Shown one piece after another: positions 13,304-26,992 of a DNA stretch of 64,000 nucleotides. How positions within the stretch are numbered: the stretch's first letter is position 1; every line of letters begins with the position of its first letter. The DNA comes from Eledone cirrhosa (lineage: Eukaryota), in assembly GCA_964016885.1 (NCBI GenBank), contig OZ024743.1, positions 304,296,001-304,360,000 on the forward strand, read 5' to 3'. A program made the position numbers and the translations under genes. The notes below the pieces were generated by a model. That model was not told where the DNA came from, did no database searches, and saw only the letters and a list, made by a program, of their open reading frames with translations.

Positions 13304-13421
13304 CGAAGGAAATGTGGTAAGGAACCAGGTGGACCATAACGCACCAAAGTACTCAATACTTGGGGTAGTAGAGTGGGTAATAGGAAACAGTAAGACCCTT
13401 GGGGTCTTACTGATTCCTATT
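13301..13421 (-). mobile_element. pLTR-like terminal fragment (family also at 24101, 45470, 58574) with short fold-back
   Basis: aacgaaggaaatgtggtaaggaaccaggtggaccataacgcaccaaagtactcaatac is shared with 58574 and, inverted, with 24233-24290. Confidence 0.85.
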
Positions 13422-14481
13422 GCAACCGGTCACGTTGTGGCTCAATGAAGAATTAATAAATTAAATAATCAGAGCAATATATCATAAATCATGTCCTTAG
13501 AATTATTAGATAAAATATATAGCATTTCCTCTCCCAATTAGCATAATTAACCATATAAAAAATCAATTAGACCAGGCTATAAGAATAATATATATATATA
13601 TGTGTGTGTGTGTGTTTGTTAGGTGTGTAAAAACAGTTACAGTCAGTGTGCTGTCGAAGCACTCAACACTGTTACGATGTCGGTTTCATTCGGGTTGTAT
13701 TCCAATTTTACCGCTGTAGTCTGCAAAGCGTGTATAGATTTAAAAGAGTCGAGGTCGCCGTTGCAATATATGTATAAACTTTATTTACATATTAGAGCTG
13801 TTTTGATATCGATCAGCTCCGGTTACATGAAGGTAACAGGGGCCGACTCTTTTTCGACAACTTGTCAAATATGGGAGCTTATAGGTTCAAAGACACATCG
13901 AAACTACTAAAAGAGTTGTCTCGGGATTTGTCTATATACACTTATAGATAGTTTTGTTGGGAGTGGAGTAGTAAACTAGGTTTACAGCTGTGTACCGCAG
14001 CGTCAGCTGGAATCTGCTTGACGGCGCTAGCCGTCAGCTTATGGAAATCCATAGCTCGGCTTTCCAAATGTTTATTTATTTAACATACCGTATAGAATTA
14101 GATATACGAAATTCACATACTTGTATGTATACAGCTATTTTGCAGCTAAATATATAATTCTACTTTCAAGTTGAGCCAACGTCCACAGCTCCATAAGCCT
14201 GTTTCAAGTTTCAGTAGATACCAAATGAAATACTGTCTTGATGATGGCCAGAGTCTGAAATGTGCATAGACAGTAGTACCCCGATGGTTCTGCTGGCATC
14301 CGCTGGATGGCGCTAGCGGTCAGCCTTTCGATATTCATAGCTAGGCTTTCCAAAGTTTTAATATCATTAGATATCTCAAATGCATATACTTGCATGCATA
14401 CAGCTATGTCGGAGCTAACATTTTAATATATATATATATAAATATACATATTGTTATGCTTGGGGAGGGTCATATTGTTGT

Positions 14482-14665
14482 AATAATTGTTTCTACTTTT
14501 GGCACAAGGTCACAATTACCCAGTGCATTACTGGTACTTAATTTTATCAACCCCGTAAGGATGAAAGGCAAAGTTAACCTCGGCGGGATTTGAACTCAGA
14601 ATGGCAAGGGCCGTAACTCTATGCGTCAAAGCATGTCGTCTGACCCTCTACCGATACTGCGAATC
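14482..14665 (-). mobile_element. SINE copy nested in another repeat
   Basis: SINE reverse complement; flanks 14447-14485 and 14668-14725 match 3700-3800 inverted. Confidence 0.9.
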
Positions 14666-16404
14666 CAAATATTAACAGAACACACTCACTGTTTTGTTGG
14701 TTTTTGCTTCTGTATATTTTATATCTCCATAGTTGCTTATGTGTGAATGTAATGGGTAAGTAGCTGAATATTCTTCAGATACACGTACAATATCAACATT
14801 CCCAGAGAGATTCAGCATGATACAGTGCGACTCTGGCTACACCAAAAGTTACAATCTAGAATACCATATGCTTGAATACTGCAAATACCACTTACCTTAT
14901 CTAGTACCAATACGTACAAAAGAAATATACCGTATACAATGAGAAACATCTCTATTAGTTCGAGTTAAATATGTACTAATTTAAAGGAAGAATCGTTTTA
15001 GAAATATCAGTATCGTGTTTACTATATATGGTGTATCTGATTCAATTAACAAACGTGTGTGATAAAGTCTATAATGATTATATACACTCCTGTCAAACTA
15101 CAAAATTGATCTCATACATGGATAATTTAAAACTATTTGCAAGATATTATCAGCATCTCGGAAACTCGCTAAATAATTCATATAAATGTATTTGTTGATT
15201 GTATTTGTAAAGATATACAGCTGTGTATATATTTAGTCATATTTTCTTCACCGATAAGTTTAAAGAAACAAAAAATGTTAGATTAGATAAAAGACGTAAA
15301 TAAACCTGATAATATACACCAATTCGAATGGGCTACACACGTGTAAGTCTAATATTACAATTCAGGATAGCTATAAGGAGACTAGTAATCCCAGTCATAA
15401 TATAACTGTTTAGGTCAGATAAATAGACCTGGCATGTAAATTGAAAGCATATAGTGAAGACTGTGCAAATCCAGCGATTGCTCCTCATACACCCATTACC
15501 ACCGTCAGAGGTTTCAGTTGTTATTACCAGACTTTTCAAATATAATCTCTCTTGAAGTTGCTTGTAACAAGCGTGAAAGTAGTGATTCAAATCCAAATCT
15601 CCAGCATTTTTCTCAATATTCAAATAAAATATGTTATCTCTCATATGTGCAATTGTATAGAATATACAAATCAAGGTTTGTTTAAAATGAAATTATAGAT
15701 ATTTAGCAAGTCATAATAATTTATAATAATTTTTTTTTTTTCTTATAATTATATCGGATAATCACGTATTTGTATTTTTTATAGAGCATATATAAAATAA
15801 CAATTTAAACATTCTCTGCACTAGCTACGCTTAATAGCTGTTTTAATGAATATATTCCCATATTAGTCTTTTATCCTTATCTAATTTTTAAATCATAATT
15901 AAATATCTCTTTATATCATATTATTTTATTTTGGAATTAATCTATACATGATGTTTTCCTAATGATGATTTTCTTAGTTTTTTCTCTTTCAATTTCTCTG
16001 GTGTTTATATTATACGTAATATCAATTTAAAACGAAGCGTCTCTATTAACGGCTTTTAAACAATGTTGTATTCATTTGTCATTTTTCATGTGATTGTTGT
16101 TGCTATTATGAGGTATCAATATAATGACATTGGTTCCTATGATGAGGGTAATTGTTTCAAAGTTTTCTACGATTACACAAGAAATAAACAAAAGTAATCA
16201 TAAATACGTGAGTCGAATTTTCCTGTTAGTGTATATAAAATTATTAATTATATACAATTTTAAATGGAACTAGTGAATGAATTCTTTCCATTTTTGCAGA
16301 AATGCATGGCAAAACGGCCTAAATTTCAGGTTTGCTAATTGTTGCATTACATTTTTTTTCTCTGTACCACGACTTTCGAACAACTTGTATTATTTACTTA
16401 TTTG

Positions 16405-16625
16405 AAGGGCGGAAGATTGACCAAATCGGTAGAGCGTCGGACAGCATGCTTTGTGGCATAAAGTTTCCACCTTTCACGGTATTACTTCAGATCCCACCAA
16501 AGTTAACTTTGCATTTCAGCATTTAGCTCCGAAAACATAAAGTACCAGTAACACACTGGGGTCAATTTAATCGACTTTCCCTTCCCCAACAATTGTTGGC
16601 TTTGTGGCTAAATCAGAAACCATTA
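16405..16625 (+). mobile_element. Diverged SINE subfamily copy
   Basis: aatcggtagagcgtcggacagcatgcttt...agttaactttgcatttc...aagtaccagtaacacactggggtc. Confidence 0.75.
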
Positions 16626-18311
16626 TTTACACATTTGAGGACTGATTCATGCACTATCTTACTGACGTTAAGGATTTTCGTTTTCTTGCACTTATTATGG
16701 ATAATATATAATCCATAAGCAGTGTTTAATTAACTTTTTAAAATGTTGTGACGAAATTTATGACGTTCATAAAACAATGTTTTATATAGTAACTTTATTG
16801 AAAGGCCAGCGTTAATGGCAACATGTTGTATTACAGAAACATATAGTTGTACGTTTTGATTTGAAGAAAATGTTTTATAGACAATGAGTGAGTGAAGTAT
16901 AATGATGTGTCAGAAACAGAAGAGAGAATCATAAATATTTTTCAGTGTTTATAATCGAGTTGCACGTTAAACAACCGAACACTAAGTAGAAAATACAGCA
17001 GTGAAGACAGTTCAATTAAAGCAATGATTTCGTTTGTTATTGATTGTTGCTTTGCGTTATTGTAAAAAGCGACATCTGCCATTCTATGTCTATGTGGTTG
17101 TTTAACTCCGCCTCAGCCATGATCTAATAGACCATTAATCAATTGCATTTCAGCTGTGAATTCCATGTTCTATTGAGAGTATGGCATAATATGAGGGAGA
17201 TTTATTTGCCATTTCTAGCTGATACAATGACGTTGTATATGCTCTAATAATTGGCGACCTATATATATGGGGGTGTAGAAAATAACTGTGCACTCTCAGT
17301 GTATAAAAGTGATCTGTAGTATAATTTCGGGCATGTTTGCGTTTATAACGATAGTGTCTAAAATTGTTACTGATGGAGTCATTTCTGATACTCTAGAATT
17401 ACGCTAATCTTTGAATTTTAGTGTCAAACATGTTAAGAATGCATAATCCTTAGATGCTGCAATGCATTAAATGAATGAGATTAAATCTTCCGTTTGATTT
17501 CAATCTTTGATTTCACATCGGGAGTTAAATCTTCTTTTTGATATTTCCCATGTCATTTCTTGAGAAGTCGACAGTTTGGTGAACTAAATAACAAAAGTAT
17601 TAAGACTATTACACAAAAGCACAATGGAACAACAGAAGTGGAATTAAGCACTAAATATGTGCCCTTGGTTCAATCTATTATCCACAACGTCACTTCTCAT
17701 ATAATCTTAATAAAGGGTAGAAAAAGACTGCATTTTTGGTTACAAAAAGTATTAGGCCTAACATTGATACGGTAGGTGTTCCCAGAATTAGATGGGGCAC
17801 AATATTATTTTGTGTTGTTAATTATATGTTTTGGTACTGTTAAATTATCAAGTCTTAATTACAGAAACATTTTGACGCATATTGTTATATAAAGAATTGG
17901 TAGGGCATTTTGATGTTTCATGAAAAGGAAACGCAACAACGAAACAGGAAAAAGCCCAATACAATTGTCAAATAAGACAACATAGGTAACTTAAATGATC
18001 CCATGAAAGGAGTTCGTTGTCATGCAGGAAATTCTTCCAAATTAAAAATAATTATTTCATTCATAGGGAAAATAAACAAGAACTTAATGTTATTTATTAT
18101 TGGCATCCTTCAAATTAAAGGGAATTTAATTTCAAGAAACCACGAATTAGTCTCTCAAATATATTCCCATATTCAGGGGGTATTTTGATAATTCTTTTGG
18201 TAATACAACTATAAAGATTTTTTAGTATATTAAATATTATCCGCTTATTTTAGAGTTTATCAAGAGTTTATGATGAACTGACAACACTCTGGTTACTATT
18301 ATATCTTTAAC

Positions 18312-18507
18312 GGTGGATTGGCAGTATTGGGAGAGGGTCGGACGCCATGCTTTGACGTATAGAGTTACGACCCTTGCCATTCTTTACAGTCTGAATTCAA
18401 ATCCCGCCGAGGTTAACTTTGCCTTTCATCCTTACGGGGTCGATAAAATAAAGTACCAGTAATGCACTGGGTAATTGCTGGCCTTGTGCCTAACGTAGAA
18501 ACAATTA
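18312..18507 (+). mobile_element. SINE copy
   Basis: Full head-to-tail match to the family. Confidence 0.9.
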
Positions 18508-19759
18508 TATCTTTAACTGAAATACAAATGAAAACAAAGAAAATAAATGAAAGAGACTTAAATCAGAAACGTGGGTTCGTTTTCTTGAATTGAAAACGGT
18601 GAAGTCCAAATGATGTAGGCAGTACCTTCTTTGCTTTAAAGAAAGAAAGTTGTCTCATCTTAATATTAAAATAGCCCCCCCCCCCCCTTGCTCCCGAAAT
18701 ATGAAGAATTAGGGTGTATATTCAGCGAGTCGATCTTTCAAATCTTATTATTTTTATCTGCCTTGTGGTTGAGAGTACTGTTGTTATTAACGATACCTCC
18801 ATTTTTATCCTTGCTGCTGCTATGCTTGTAGCTGGCGCATGGTTTTGATTGGAATATATTTTCATATTGATTTTCGCTTTCTTCCCTACAACTGGTATTG
18901 TAGTATCGCATTTTCTTCTCTTTGGGCTGGATTTGTATCTGTTGTTTATTCGGTATCGTTTTATAACAACATGGGGATAATCTCCTTATTAATATTGTTT
19001 TTCTCCAATCATCTTCTTGTTATATTCTATCTTATTTTTAATATTTTGGAAGTAGTGCTTTTGATGAGAGAAATGTGGAATGCTGCGATATATAAAATAA
19101 AAACAAATAATCGTTTCAGAGTCCAGAAAATGGTGGACAGTGTAATTGCTGAACAACTAAAATTCACTCACTGTAGTAACAGAAAAATGTAGGTGAGGAA
19201 GGAATCTAAGTCTGGTCCGAATATTTGCAACAGAGCGGGCGCCAGTATGTCACTCACTCTGAATCTGCGGTTTTTGTTTTTCAGAACAGCATTGCTTAAG
19301 TATAATTATGATAAGGTATGTTCATGACATGATCATCCCAATTCATATTTTTAGATTCGCCATTATATCATTTAGTGTGTACTTCGTTTTGCTCTGTGTG
19401 AGACGAAGTCGGAGGCTATTTCTGGAATATCGACTGACTGCGTAAAGGTATCTCTCAGACATGATTGGATAGCGTTGCATTAGGGGTCATTTCAGGCCTA
19501 CATTTTACAATATATGGCGACAATGACATACGTCAGTATTTGACTATGGTATTATGGTTGTTGTTGCTTGTTCTGTTGATGTTTTTGTCTGTTTTTTTTT
19601 CTGTATTACAATATCTTTTTAAACTAATACAGCTAAGAATATTTTTTTGATTAGGGAATTGTATTGATATATTATGAGTGCAGTGTATTTCCTGGAAACG
19701 ATTTGATATATTCATGCTTCCAGCGGACGCAATTTTTTTTACTTTAATGCTACAAGAAA

Positions 19760-19940
19760 TAATTGTTTCTACATTTGGCACAAGGCCAGCAATTACTCAG
19801 TACGTTACTGGTACTTTATTTTATCGACCCCGTAAGGATGAAAGGCAAAGTTAACCTCGGCGGGATTTGAACTCAGATCGTAATGGTACATAACTATGCT
19901 GGAAAGCATGTCCGACCCTCTACCGATACTGCCAATTCAC
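19760..19940 (-). mobile_element. SINE copy
   Basis: Reverse-complement match to the family. Confidence 0.9.
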
Positions 19941-20998
19941 TGCCCTGCTACAAGAAATAATGTCATTAGAAGTGTTTGCCTTCATTCTTTCGTTGTTGCT
20001 TTGGATTTCCGTTTACATTTAAGTAAAGAAAGGAATATTGTTAAATCGTAATCTATGTTTCACTGTTTTAACTGCATTAGATACACCAACGGCCATGCCG
20101 ATATAGCATCGAAAAAGCTAGCTAAATAGTGAGCGCGTCACATACTGAATAATGAGCGCGTCAACGATATTGCGTTATATCAATAAAATCGAGCCATCAT
20201 TCTAAGTTACTTATTTCTAAATATATGACACTTGGTGTAGTGTCTCAAGAGTTGTAATCAATCACTAAACCACGATCATTGGCATTTTCATTAAATAACG
20301 GTATTGATTACAAGTTCCTTTGCTGATGGAAATGTTACATTGGGGAACTTTCCAATTATATGTCTCTTCAATCAAAGTCGACAAAATATTTCATATATTT
20401 GAAACGGTACTTTGTCTATGTGTCAGAATGTTATTAGTATCTTTACTACCATAATTTTAAGGAAAAGGTCTAGAACTTCAAAAGAGGAATTCGTAGAGGA
20501 AAACAATATGACTACTGCTAACAACGTCAAAATACACACATGGTAGTACGGTTCCCAGAGAAAACCAAAGGATGCAGACGACCGAACGTTCATCGGCGAA
20601 TAAGTGAGACAGGTGGAGTCCAAGGAGGCCGGATCAGTCGGTCAATGCATATACCTGCTATCTTTTAGCTAGAAAAAGGGTGGACTAAAAACAATATGTT
20701 CTTCGATTGGTCTCTTTAGACTGTGTGCCGTTCAAAATTTATAGTTGGGTAACTGGTACTTGTACCATTTAACCACCGAGACATTTATATTTTTCAAAAC
20801 TGCTTCTTTTAAATTAACATTTCTAATATTTATCTTTAAATATTTTATGGTCTTACGTGCTTTTTACGTACGGAGTTGCTTGAATATATTAAATCATTCG
20901 ATACCTGATTCGGTTATTCTATCAATTATCAAACAGTAACTTTACTACTATTTATTTATTTTCATACCTTCCTACAAGTTTTAGCAAGTTATATCTAA

Positions 20999-21067
20999 TA
21001 AACGAACAAAGCGGCGTTATAATAAGCGTCCGCTAAACTGATGCGTGCATATATGTATGTGTACCTG

Positions 21068-21131
<64 letters not shown>

Positions 21132-21559
21132 TGCTACTGTACGTCTGTATACATATATGTATGTACGTATACATACATACTTACATTTAAGTAAGTGCCA
21201 TACTAAGAGTGAGAAATGAAATTTCGTTTTCATTCTTTTCAACTTATCGTTTTCGGTATGCCTGACCGATTTAACTCACTCATTATGCAAATTAGGCTGC
21301 TCAGCCGTTAATTTTCATAAGGAAAGTATATACTTTCGAACGTTCAACTATCTGGCAGATGGGTAAACGGTGCTGATGATGGCTAACAAGCTTGAAACTA
21401 GTACATCGTTCCTGTATCAGTGTTGAACAAAAAGGTGACGTGGTTGCCTTAACACCGTATGGCATAAATTCAGGCTGTTCAGTTTGTTGACAAACGAACA
21501 AAGCGGCGTTATAATAAGCGTCCGCTAAACTGATGCGTGCATATATGTATGTGTACCTG

Positions 21560-21603
<44 letters not shown>

Positions 21604-21718
21604 TGCTACTGTACGTCTGTATACATATATGTATGTACGTATACATACATACTTACATTTAAGTAAGTGCCATACTAAGAGTGAGAAATGAAATTTCGTT
21701 TTCATTTTTTTCAACTTA
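20999..21718 (+). mobile_element. Partial tandem (period ~493 bp) pLTR-like unit with a central hammerhead
   Basis: aaacgaacaaagcggcgttataataagcg...aatttcgttttcat occurs at ~21000 and ~21492; a related family lies at 22710-23490. Confidence 0.85.
21366..21410 (+). ncRNA. Minimal type I hammerhead ribozyme
   Basis: AACGGTG-CTGATGA-tGGC taacaa GCTt-GAA-ACTAGT-A^CATCGTT. 7-bp helix I, palindromic helix III, GUA triplet. Confidence 0.85.
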
Positions 21719-21897
21719 TATATATATATATAATTAGAATTGGCGCTCTGAAATAGCCATATATATATGAATGTATATATAGTGTATTTTGCAATACATT
21801 GTATACTTAATTAAAAGCATTTCGAAGACCTTATGCTATTCTTTTAGAGTAGTGACAGTCTCACTTACTTTAAATTTTCAGCAAACAGGGGAGATAA

Positions 21898-21942
21898 AGC
21901 TGACAGAGCTATGTTTCGTACTGATTGGTACTTATCAAAGCC
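21898..21942 (-). ncRNA. Type I hammerhead, U3:A8 core variant
   Basis: GGCT-TTGATAA-GTAC caatca GTAC-GAA-ACA tagctc TGT-C^AGCT; helix I is extended by attttcagcaaacagg/cctgtttgctgaaaat. Confidence 0.85.
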
Positions 21943-22163
21943 AAGTACTCCACCTGTTTGCTGAAAATCATGAATGTTTGACTCCTATAGAATTTCTAGT
22001 AATAATCAGGAACTGATTATACAGAGCGGTTGCCGGTCAAGCAGAAATTGAAAATTAGAATTGGCGCTCTGAAATAGCGATGTATATAATCAGTTCCTGA
22101 TTATTACTAGAAATTTTATAAGAATCAAACATTCATGATTTTCAGCAAACAGGTGGAGTACTT

Positions 22164-22208
22164 GGCTTTGATAAGTATCAATCAGTACGAAACGTAGCTC
22201 TGTCAGCT
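22164..22208 (+). ncRNA. Type I hammerhead, U3:A8 variant (copy 2)
   Basis: ggct-TTGATAA-gtatcaatcagtac-GAAACGtagctcTGTC^agct. Confidence 0.8.
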
Positions 22209-22484
22209 TTATTTCCCCTGTTTGCTGAAAATTTAAAGTAAGTGGGACTGTCACTACTCTAAAACAATAGCATAAGGTCTTCGAAATGCTTTTAAATAAG
22301 CATACAGTGTATTGCAAAATACACTATATATACATTCATATATATATCGCTATTTTAGAGCGCCAATTCTAATTTTCAATTTCTGCTTGACCGGCAACCA
22401 CTCTGTATAATCAATTCCTGATTATTACTAGAAATTCTATAAGAATCAAATATTCATGATTTTCAGCAAACAGGTGGAGTACTT

Positions 22485-22529
22485 GGCTTTGATAAGTACC
22501 AATCAGTACGAAACATAGCTCTGTCAGCT
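22485..22529 (+). ncRNA. Type I hammerhead, U3:A8 variant (copy 3)
   Basis: ggct-TTGATAA-gtaccaatcagtac-GAAACAtagctcTGTC^agct; 321 nt downstream of copy 2. Confidence 0.85.
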
Positions 22530-22655
22530 TTATCTCCCCTGTTTGCTGAAAATTTAAAGTAAGTGAGACTGTCACTACTCTAAAAGAATAGCATAAGGTC
22601 TTCGAAATGCTTTTAATTAAGCATACAATGTATTGCAAAATACATTATATATAGA

Positions 22656-22709
<54 letters not shown>

Positions 22710-22712
<3 letters not shown>

Positions 22713-23490
22713 GGAAAAAATGAAATTTCATTTTTTACTCTTAGTACGGCTGGTACTTAAATATAAGCATGTATACGTACATACATATATGTATACAGAC
22801 GTCCATGTATGGGTTTACCGAACATTTATTATAATCTTCGGTTTATTTGTAAACAAACAGCCCGAATTAAGCCGTACAGTGTTCGGCAACCATCGGTGCC
22901 CTTTTTTTTCAAAACTGACGTTCAGGCTGTTTGTTTACAAACAAACCGAACATTATAATAAATGTTCGGTAAACCCATACGTACATATATATATGTGTGC
23001 ATGTATGTATGTATATACATACTACAGTACGCCTGTATACATATATGTATGTACGTATATATGCTTATATTTATGTATCAGCCGTACTAAGAGTGGGAAA
23101 TGAAATTTCATTTTTTCCATTTACCGATACGCCTGGCCGACTAACTCACTCGATATACAAATTAGGCTGCTCAGCCATTAATATGCAAACGGAAAGTATA
23201 TACTTTCAAACGTTCAATCGACTGACAGGAAGGTATACGGTGCTGATGACAGCTAATAAGCTAGAAACGTGTTCACCGTTCCTTTGTCAGTGTTGAACAA
23301 AAGGGTAACGATGGTTGCCGAACACTGTGCGGCTAATAATTGGGGCTGTTTGTTTACAAACAAACAGAACATTATAATAAATGTTCGGTAAAGCCATACG
23401 TACATATATATATATATGTGTGCATGTATATATATATATACATACAACTGTACGTCTGTATACATATATGTATGTACGTATACCTGCTTA
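22710..23490. mobile_element. pLTR-like unit: inverted copy (22710-22865) plus partial tandem copies (22920-23490)
   Basis: ggctgtttgtttacaaacaaaccgaacattataataaatgttcggtaaa occurs at ~22925 and ~23344, and inverted at ~22810-22862. Confidence 0.8.
23237..23279 (+). ncRNA. Minimal type I hammerhead ribozyme (homolog of 21366)
   Basis: ACGGTG-CTGATGA-cAGC taataa GCTa-GAA-ACGTGT-T^CACCGT; outer stem actgaca...tgtcagt. Confidence 0.75.
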
Positions 23491-23572
23491 TATATATATA
23501 CACACACTCACACATACTCACACACACGCACGCACACACACACCTACACACACACACAAACACCCACCCACC

Positions 23573-23721
<149 letters not shown>

Positions 23722-23777
23722 GTGAGGTTCTTTTTACAAATTGAAAAATAAACGAGGTGTTCTACACGAGTGAAAGT

Positions 23778-24026
23778 ATAAAGAAAACGAGATGAAATCG
23801 AAAATGCAACTGGGGGTCTTACTTTTTTTTTAAATATATATATTTATATGGTTCCTTTACCAGTTTCGCAGTTCTTCTCCTTTTCAAAAGTAGAGTTGAG
23901 ATGGAGGGTCTGTGGTTTTTCTCACAGATGTGAAGAACTGCGAAACCGGTAAAGGAACCAAATAAATATATATATTTAAAAAAAAAATATGACCCCCCAG
24001 TTGCATTTTCGATTTCATCTCTTTTT

Positions 24027-24030
<4 letters not shown>
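23778..24030. repeat. Inverted repeat (~100-bp arms) containing a hammerhead-like motif at 23855-23890(-)
   Basis: Arms gagatgaaatcgaaaatgcaactggggg...ttcgcagttcttc / gaagaactgcgaa...cccccagttgcattttcgatttcatctc. Minus strand CTT-TTGAAAA-ggag aagaa ctgc-GAA-ACTGGT-A^AAG. Confidence 0.8.
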
Positions 24031-24100
<70 letters not shown>

Positions 24101-24102
<2 letters not shown>

Positions 24103-24290
24103 AACAAATAAGACCCGGACGGCTGAGCTCAAGCCGTTTCGACGGCTAATTCAGTACTGAATTAGCCGTCGAAACGGCTTGAGCTCAGCCGTCGGGGTCT
24201 TATTTGTTCCTATTACCCACTCTACTACCCTAAGTATTGAGTACTTTGGTGCGTTATGGTCCACCTGGTTCCTTACCACATTTCCTTCTT
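24101..24290 (+). mobile_element. pLTR-like fragment with loop-less palindrome 24101-24210
   Basis: ...gacggctaattcagt|actgaattagccgtc GAAACGGCttgagctcaGCCGTC GGGG...; flanked by (TA)n. Confidence 0.9.
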
Positions 24291-24314
24291 TATATATATA
24301 TATATTTATTTATA

Positions 24315-24572
24315 TATATATACAAATATAAATTTAGCGAGAATCGCATTTCGGCGGCTAGAAATTAGCGAAACGCAACTTCCGGATTCTGTTGACAAGC
24401 GCTCAATAGATATGAGGATACCAGAGCTATAAGCATAAGTTTAAAATTTAATACAAAACTGAGACGATGGTTATGAAGCCATTAACCACCTAAGCCAAAA
24501 AGAGCGAACAAGCTAAACGGGTCAAACAAAATATGATATGATTGAAATAGGATATGATTCAAATAGTTATAT

Positions 24573-24644
<72 letters not shown>

Positions 24645-24893
24645 TATTTCCTATTTAAATCATATCCTATTTCAATGATATCTTATTTTGTTTGACCCGT
24701 TTATCTTGTTCTCTTTTTTGGCTTAGGTGGTTAATGGCTTCTTAACCATCGTCTCAATTTTGTATGACCTTTTAAACTTATGTTTATAGCTCTGGTATCT
24801 TCATATCCATTGAGCGCTTGTCAACACAATCCGGATGTTGCGTTTCGCTAATTTCTACCCGCCGAAATGCGATTCTCGCTAAATTTATATTTG

Positions 24894-24900
<7 letters not shown>
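24315..24900. mobile_element. MITE/foldback-like element, ~260-bp inverted arms around (TA)n
   Basis: aaatttagcgagaatcgcatttcggcgg...gaaataggatatga is matched by tcatatcctatttc...ccgccgaaatgcgattctcgctaaattt. Confidence 0.8.
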
Positions 24901-24929
<29 letters not shown>

Positions 24930-26249
24930 AATGTGTGTGTGTGTGTGAGTGTGTGTGTGTGTGTGTGCATGCGTGTGTGTGAGTATGTGTGTGTAAAACG
25001 TAAACAGAAATACCAAAGCAAACGACACTGGCGAGAACTGAAGGAGGAGAAAAGCATTTCAATGCTATACCAACATGCCACACTAGACAACTCAATAGAT
25101 AACATCGAAATAAAGATCTTATCCACACATATATATGACGCAACACTCAGACAAATTACAGAGGTCACACATATTATATAAGATAAACCTAAACAAAAAA
25201 CAGAAGTGGAATAGTAACAGACCGCAACGTAACGACTGAAGGCAGAATAGAATGAAACATAGACATAAAATTGACACAAACAGCAACACAATAAAACAGC
25301 AAACGATTTAATGCAACACACATAAAACATACAGAGACATCACAAACGCAAACACACACACAGACACACACACAGACACACACACATACACACATACCAA
25401 TACATACACACACACACACAAGGCGCAGGTACAGGTGCAGATACGAAACTCGAAAAGCTCACCAGAATCAAAAACAAGATGGAGTAGAATTTTCAGACCG
25501 GTAAAAAGAAGAGGCACACAATATAGTTATTGAGAAGGTCACAGAGAGTTGACGAAAAATATTTGAAAACTAATGAATGGCGAACAGTAAAGATAGATAA
25601 AGAGAAAATCATATGGTGTGGGTATTTCTTTCTATTGGCGATAATGTCAACATAGTCATCCTTAAATATAACAATATTTATATATATATTTACTTGTAAC
25701 ATGTAACCCAATACAACCTGTCGCATGGTCGGGTCGTCGGCGACTAAACCGGCAACCCCCACCAAGTTTACTTGGTGATAAGGGTGATTTTTTAGACACC
25801 CTGCAGGACAGAAAACAAAATCTGACAAAGGGCAGAAGAACTCTTAAGAGTCAACGGCTTTCCGGAAGTGTGTAAATATGTATATAGACATGTACCGCGC
25901 GGTTAAACCACTGGGAGTGAAGGACCCCTAACCTTTCTCAGGACATTCTTCTAGGAGAAGGCAACTCAGGAAACTGGGATAACTCCGATATAAAACCTGC
26001 GGCTCAGTAGTTACCGATGATGTTGATCTTTTCTTCTTTTCGGGTTATAGTTACTGTCGCTCAGAGAGTGGGATTGGCTCAGTGCACAGTCTTTCCTCAC
26101 TTTAAAAAATATCTTCACGCACAGGCATTGCACGATAGAATTAATTAATAATTATTAATAACAGTATATCATGCAATCACCATACTCGATAACGAAGGAG
26201 CAGCCATCATGCATGTATGTATGCATGTATGTATGTGTGTGTGTATGTA

Positions 26250-26291
<42 letters not shown>

Positions 26292-26922
26292 CTTGTGATT
26301 ATATTGGATATGATCTTACAACTCTAATTTTATCGTTATTTTCCGATTGGAGGCAAGATTCGTTGGAAAATTGATTAAAAAAAAAATAATAATAATAAAA
26401 TAAGGTAAAACTATTTTCATTTACAACCCGAGGTGGATGAAATTGTAAGAATTTATAAATTCAACAACCCATAATCTAGCTAACAATATAACTTTCAGTA
26501 ACAATAAGAAAATGAAAATATATGCGCAATTGTAACAGTACCGGATTTAGAATATAAGCTCTCACTATAAACGAACGATGGGTTCTGATATGGGCGAGAT
26601 AGAGCCCGACGAAGACGATGGACGCCTAGATCGAGTGTTCGTGCTGATGCGCACACGAGAACAAATGGTCCGTGCCATGGCAAACGAGTCAGAGCCTAGC
26701 AAAGCCGACCGAAGAACACCCGAAAGCGAACTCTCAGTGCAAAGGCAAGGGAGGTAGGGCCAAGCCAAGCCGAAGGGTGCATGAGAGCAACGATCTGTGC
26801 CAAGGCAAGCGAAGCAGAGCCTAGCAAGCTCGAAAGACAACAGAGTGCGAACGGTCGCTGCCAAGTCTTCTAGCAAAGTAGATGGACACGTGGGATATAA
26901 CTGTCGGTTCCAAGAAAAGTGT

Positions 26923-26992
<70 letters not shown>

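Larger units (their letters stand above)
21733..22660. repeat. 321-bp unit: ~1.1 copies (21733-22087) inverted against ~1.8 tandem copies (22085-22660)
   Basis: Near-identical 75-aa pseudo-ORFs at 21789(+), 22090(-) and 22411(-); bounded by (TA)n on both sides. Confidence 0.95.

Noticed and set aside
17369-17410. CTGATGGAG...CTC..GAATT
   Set aside because: Both core boxes deviate from consensus and there is no helix III.
21789-22638. Three near-identical 75-aa ORFs (and the two at 43846/44436)
   Set aside because: They have non-ATG starts and no domain, and simply reflect the repeat units; the conserved feature is the RNA structure.
26531-26926. Solo LTR (TGTAAC...GTTATA)
   Set aside because: The left end coincides with a duplicated hAT TIR-like junction, and I see no TSD or canonical CA end.
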